Under the pieces are notes generated by a model that did no database searches, was not told the DNA's origin, and was given only the letters and a program-made list of their open reading frames with translations. From positions 1-64,000 of IMG/VR virus record IMGVR_UViG_3300042402_002055: DNA of 64,000 nucleotides, one strand, 5' to 3'. How positions within the stretch are numbered: the first letter of the stretch is position 1; each line of letters begins with the position of its first letter. The stretch is from a virus. Below, one piece after another: positions 61,140 to 64,000 of the stretch. Made by a program: the position numbers and the translations under genes.

Positions 61140-61158
61140 AAAATTATTCGTATATTAG
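61128..61158 (+). promoter_or_regulatory. Bacteroidota-type promoter
   Basis: TTTG-N19-TATATTAG. Confidence 0.55.
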
Positions 61159-61180
61159 TAAAATATAAAACATAAAACAA

Positions 61181-61894
61181 ATGAACAAAAACAATTTATT
61201 AAAATTTATTCAAAAGTATTCATTGGGTGGACTTATTGAATCAGTAGCATGGAATGCAGAAGGAACAAAGTTATCAGTTAGATTTATTTCAGATGACAAA
61301 ACATTATTAGGTGAAGTAGAGTTTAACGCTTACACATCAACATCAATGAATGTGGGTATTTACACAACATCATTATTGAAAAATATGATTGGTGTATTAG
61401 ACAACGATTTAACATTAAAAGTTGATAAAGCAGGTGATAAATCGGTATCATTAAAGTTATCGTCTGACGAAACTGAAACATCTTATCAATTAGCAGACTT
61501 AGGAGTTATTCCACCTGTACCAGATTTGAAAGCATTGCCTGATTTTGGTATTTCAATTGATATGGCATCTAATATGATTGACAAATTTATCAAAGCAAAA
61601 GGTGCATTGAGTGATGTAGATACTTTCACAATCTTTACCGAAGCTGGTGATTTGAAGATGGCAATTGGTTATTCTTCTATCTCTACAAACCGAGTTACAT
61701 TTACTGCACAAAAAGATTACGCAGAAACAGTAAAACCAATTTCCTTCTCAGCAAAGTATTTGAAAGAAATCTTAACTGCAAACAAAGAAGCAACATCAGC
61801 AAAGTTAAAAGTTTCAACCGATGGTTTATCGAATGTTGAATTCCAAATTGATGACTTTGTGTGTAAATATTATTTAGTAGAAATTTCAAACTAA
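61181..61894 (+). CDS. Sliding clamp (gp45/PCNA-like)
   Basis: 237 aa with two-domain size, C-terminal VEF...CKYYLV; lies between PolB and the clamp loader. Confidence 0.75.
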   Translation: MNKNNLLKFIQKYSLGGLIESVAWNAEGTKLSVRFISDDKTLLGEVEFNAYTSTSMNVGIYTTSLLKNMIGVLDNDLTLKVDKAGDKSVSLKLSSDETETSYQLADLGVIPPVPDLKALPDFGISIDMASNMIDKFIKAKGALSDVDTFTIFTEAGDLKMAIGYSSISTNRVTFTAQKDYAETVKPISFSAKYLKEILTANKEATSAKLKVSTDGLSNVEFQIDDFVCKYYLVEISN

Positions 61895-61899
61895 TAAAA

Positions 61900-62193
61900 A
61901 TGAGTGAACAATTAGAATTATTCCCACAAGAGGAAGTAAAATCAGAAATAGAACAATTACCAACAATTCAAGATGCAGAGTGGTGTTTTCAGTTTTTCAA
62001 TAATGAACCGGTAGTATTTGCATGGCAACAAGAAGGTGTAGAACCAAATCCATTGGTATTACAAATTGAACCAAAAGATGGTGATGGATTAAATTTTCAA
62101 CAAAATGGAATGTCATTTAGAATTTTTCCAAGACCAATTAGTGAAAAAACGAAACAACAAAGACAAGATGAAAGTAAAGATAAAGAAGCTTAG
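61900..62193 (+). CDS. Hypothetical protein with N-terminal QLELF
   Basis: ORF following the clamp gene. Confidence 0.6.
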   Translation: MSEQLELFPQEEVKSEIEQLPTIQDAEWCFQFFNNEPVVFAWQQEGVEPNPLVLQIEPKDGDGLNFQQNGMSFRIFPRPISEKTKQQRQDESKDKEA

Positions 62194-62602
62194 TCCGGAG
62201 GCAGTCATCCCAACTTACGCAAAAGATGGTGATGCTGGTATGGATATGGTTGCAACGAAAATTATAAGTGACAATTTAGGTGCAGTTACATACGGAACTG
62301 ATATTGCAATAGAAATTCCCAAAGGATTTGTAGGATTGATTTTCCCTCGTTCATCTATTAGAAAAACAAACTTACAATTGAGTAATTCGGTTGGTGTAGT
62401 AGATAGTGGATATAGAGGTGAAATTCAAGCCACTTTTAATAAAATTCAGGGTATTGATAATGTTGAAAGAGATAGTTATAAAATTGGTGATAGAATTTGT
62501 CAAATTATGATTATACCACATCCACCTATCGAATTTGTAGAAGTAGAAGAATTAAATAACACCGAAAGAGGCGAAGGCGGATTCGGTTCAACTGGAAAAT
62601 AA
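62168..62602 (+). CDS. dut: Trimeric dUTPase
   Basis: DAGMD, PRSS, GVVDSGYRGEI and RGEGGFGSTG; start reassigned to ATG 62168. Confidence 0.95.
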   Translation: MKVKIKKLSPEAVIPTYAKDGDAGMDMVATKIISDNLGAVTYGTDIAIEIPKGFVGLIFPRSSIRKTNLQLSNSVGVVDSGYRGEIQATFNKIQGIDNVERDSYKIGDRICQIMIIPHPPIEFVEVEELNNTERGEGGFGSTGK

Positions 62603-62606
62603 TATT

Positions 62607-63311
62607 ATGAAAAAAATATATTTTGATGGGTGTTCTTACACATTCGGCCAAAGTTTAGAATTATATTGTAATTCACATGATATATTTCAACATGATAGAT
62701 TGAGTAAATATAAATTTACAGAAAGTGATTTAAAATTTATAAAAGAAAACAGATATACTTCAATTGTATCAAAACATTTTGAATTTGATGAAGTAAATAA
62801 ATCGATACCTGGAAAATCAAATGGAAAAATTTTATTTGATTTGAATAAACAAAATATAGATTTATACGAACATGTTATAATTCAATTAACACATTTTGGT
62901 AGATATTTTACAAAAAATATGCACGAATGGCAAAGTCACGAAGCAACGATTGACTTTATGTTAAAAAATGGATATCTAACACAGGAAGAAATAGATTATA
63001 CAATAGAAAATATAGAAAAAATTCAACTTGATTATTTTTTACAATTAGAAGAAAAATTTAAAAACTATCCAAATAAACTTAAAATCATATTTCATAGTGA
63101 TGAGTGGGAAGAAATACTATCAAAAGAACAAATACAAAAATATGGTATAAATATTGAAGGTGAGTATATGATTAAGAAGTGGGCTGAAAAGAATAATATG
63201 TTTATAAATCAACAAGACGAATTTAAAAATAGTATCTTTGCAAACTACGATACACATTTAACACCTGCAGGACATAAAATATTAGCAGAATCAATAATAA
63301 AACAATTATGA
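62607..63311 (+). CDS. SGNH-hydrolase-like phage protein (second)
   Basis: FDGCSYTFG, NKSIPGKSN and DTHLTPAGH motifs. Confidence 0.6.
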   Translation: MKKIYFDGCSYTFGQSLELYCNSHDIFQHDRLSKYKFTESDLKFIKENRYTSIVSKHFEFDEVNKSIPGKSNGKILFDLNKQNIDLYEHVIIQLTHFGRYFTKNMHEWQSHEATIDFMLKNGYLTQEEIDYTIENIEKIQLDYFLQLEEKFKNYPNKLKIIFHSDEWEEILSKEQIQKYGINIEGEYMIKKWAEKNNMFINQQDEFKNSIFANYDTHLTPAGHKILAESIIKQL

Positions 63312-64000
63312 GTTTTTTCGCAAACGAAAACAATAAAAAAGAACATAGCTTGTGGGTGGAGAAATACCGTCCACAAACTCTTGCCGACTATGTTGGTAAT
63401 GAAACCATCAAAGAAACAATTCAGCAATATTTAGATGCAAATGATATACCACATTTATTGTTGTATGGAAAAGCGGGCACGGGTAAGACCACACTTGCTA
63501 AACTAATCGTAAACACAATTAAATGTGACTTTATGATTATCAACGCATCGGATGAAAACAATGTGGATACCGTAAGAACAAAAGTAAAGAACTTCGCATC
63601 ATCGGTTGGATTTGCAGGTTTCAAAGTAATCATCTTAGATGAGTTTGATTATATGACACCCGGAGCACAAGCGATTTTGAGAAACTTAATGGAAACATTC
63701 AGTAAGCATTGTAGATTTATCTTAACCTGTAATTACATTGAGAAAATCATTGACCCTATCCAAAGTAGATGTCAATCTTTCGCAATCACTCCTCCTACTA
63801 AAAAGGATGTAGCAGTTCAGGTAGCAAAGATATTAGAAGCTGAAAAGATTAAGTTTGAACCAAAGAATATGGCTGATGTGATTAATTCATATTATCCAGA
63901 CATTAGAAGGATACTTAATACTTGTCAATTACAATCTGCAAAAGGTGAATTGAAAGTAGACCATAGAGTAATGGTTGAAGCAAACTTTGCAAGTAAACTT
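63308..64000 (+). CDS. Clamp loader ATPase subunit (RFC/gp44-like), 3' truncated
   Basis: LWVEKYRP, GKAGTGKTT, NASD, ILDEFD and QSRC; absent from the ORF track because it runs off the window. Confidence 0.92.
   Translation, partial: MSFFANENNKKEHSLWVEKYRPQTLADYVGNETIKETIQQYLDANDIPHLLLYGKAGTGKTTLAKLIVNTIKCDFMIINASDENNVDTVRTKVKNFASSVGFAGFKVIILDEFDYMTPGAQAILRNLMETFSKHCRFILTCNYIEKIIDPIQSRCQSFAITPPTKKDVAVQVAKILEAEKIKFEPKNMADVINSYYPDIRRILNTCQLQSAKGELKVDHRVMVEANFASKL

Noticed and set aside
1-64000. Stop-codon reassignment as seen in some large phages
   Set aside because: Core genes are intact in code 11, and TAG/TGA terminate genes at sensible positions
1-64000. tRNA or rRNA genes
   Set aside because: Intergenic gaps are short and AT-rich, and no cloverleaf or T-loop signature was seen

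Overview
This window is 64 kb of a large AT-rich dsDNA myovirus genome with a T4-like core gene set; every credible gene is on the + strand and reads in the standard code. Repeated TTTG-N19/20-TATATT(T/G/A) promoters and mostly absent Shine-Dalgarno sites point to a Bacteroidota host (inference). 1-40.3 kb is the virion module: major capsid, gp13/14/15-like neck proteins, about 23 kb of Ser/Thr-rich fibre and lectin genes with an embedded hydroxylase, a glycosyltransferase and a Hint-domain protein, then sheath, tube, a frameshifting tail chaperone, tape measure and baseplate hub. 40.3-64 kb is nucleotide metabolism and replication: PhyH dioxygenase, a divergent PolA, SSB, UvsX/RecA, a 5'-3' nuclease, GroES, helicase, class II RNR, thioredoxin, PolB, clamp, dUTPase and clamp loader. 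There are two lead candidate systems. (1) An HTH + Mom-like + Mom-like + DUF4338/DruA-like cluster directly upstream of PolB, whose members share a K-F-[F/W] motif with the PolB C-terminus; this may be a clamp-tethered DNA hypermodification system. (2) A virion-wide (S/T)-(G/A/S)-S tripeptide together with a GT4 glycosyltransferase; this may be a virion glycosylation system. Family assignments come from motif recognition by eye, not from database searches.
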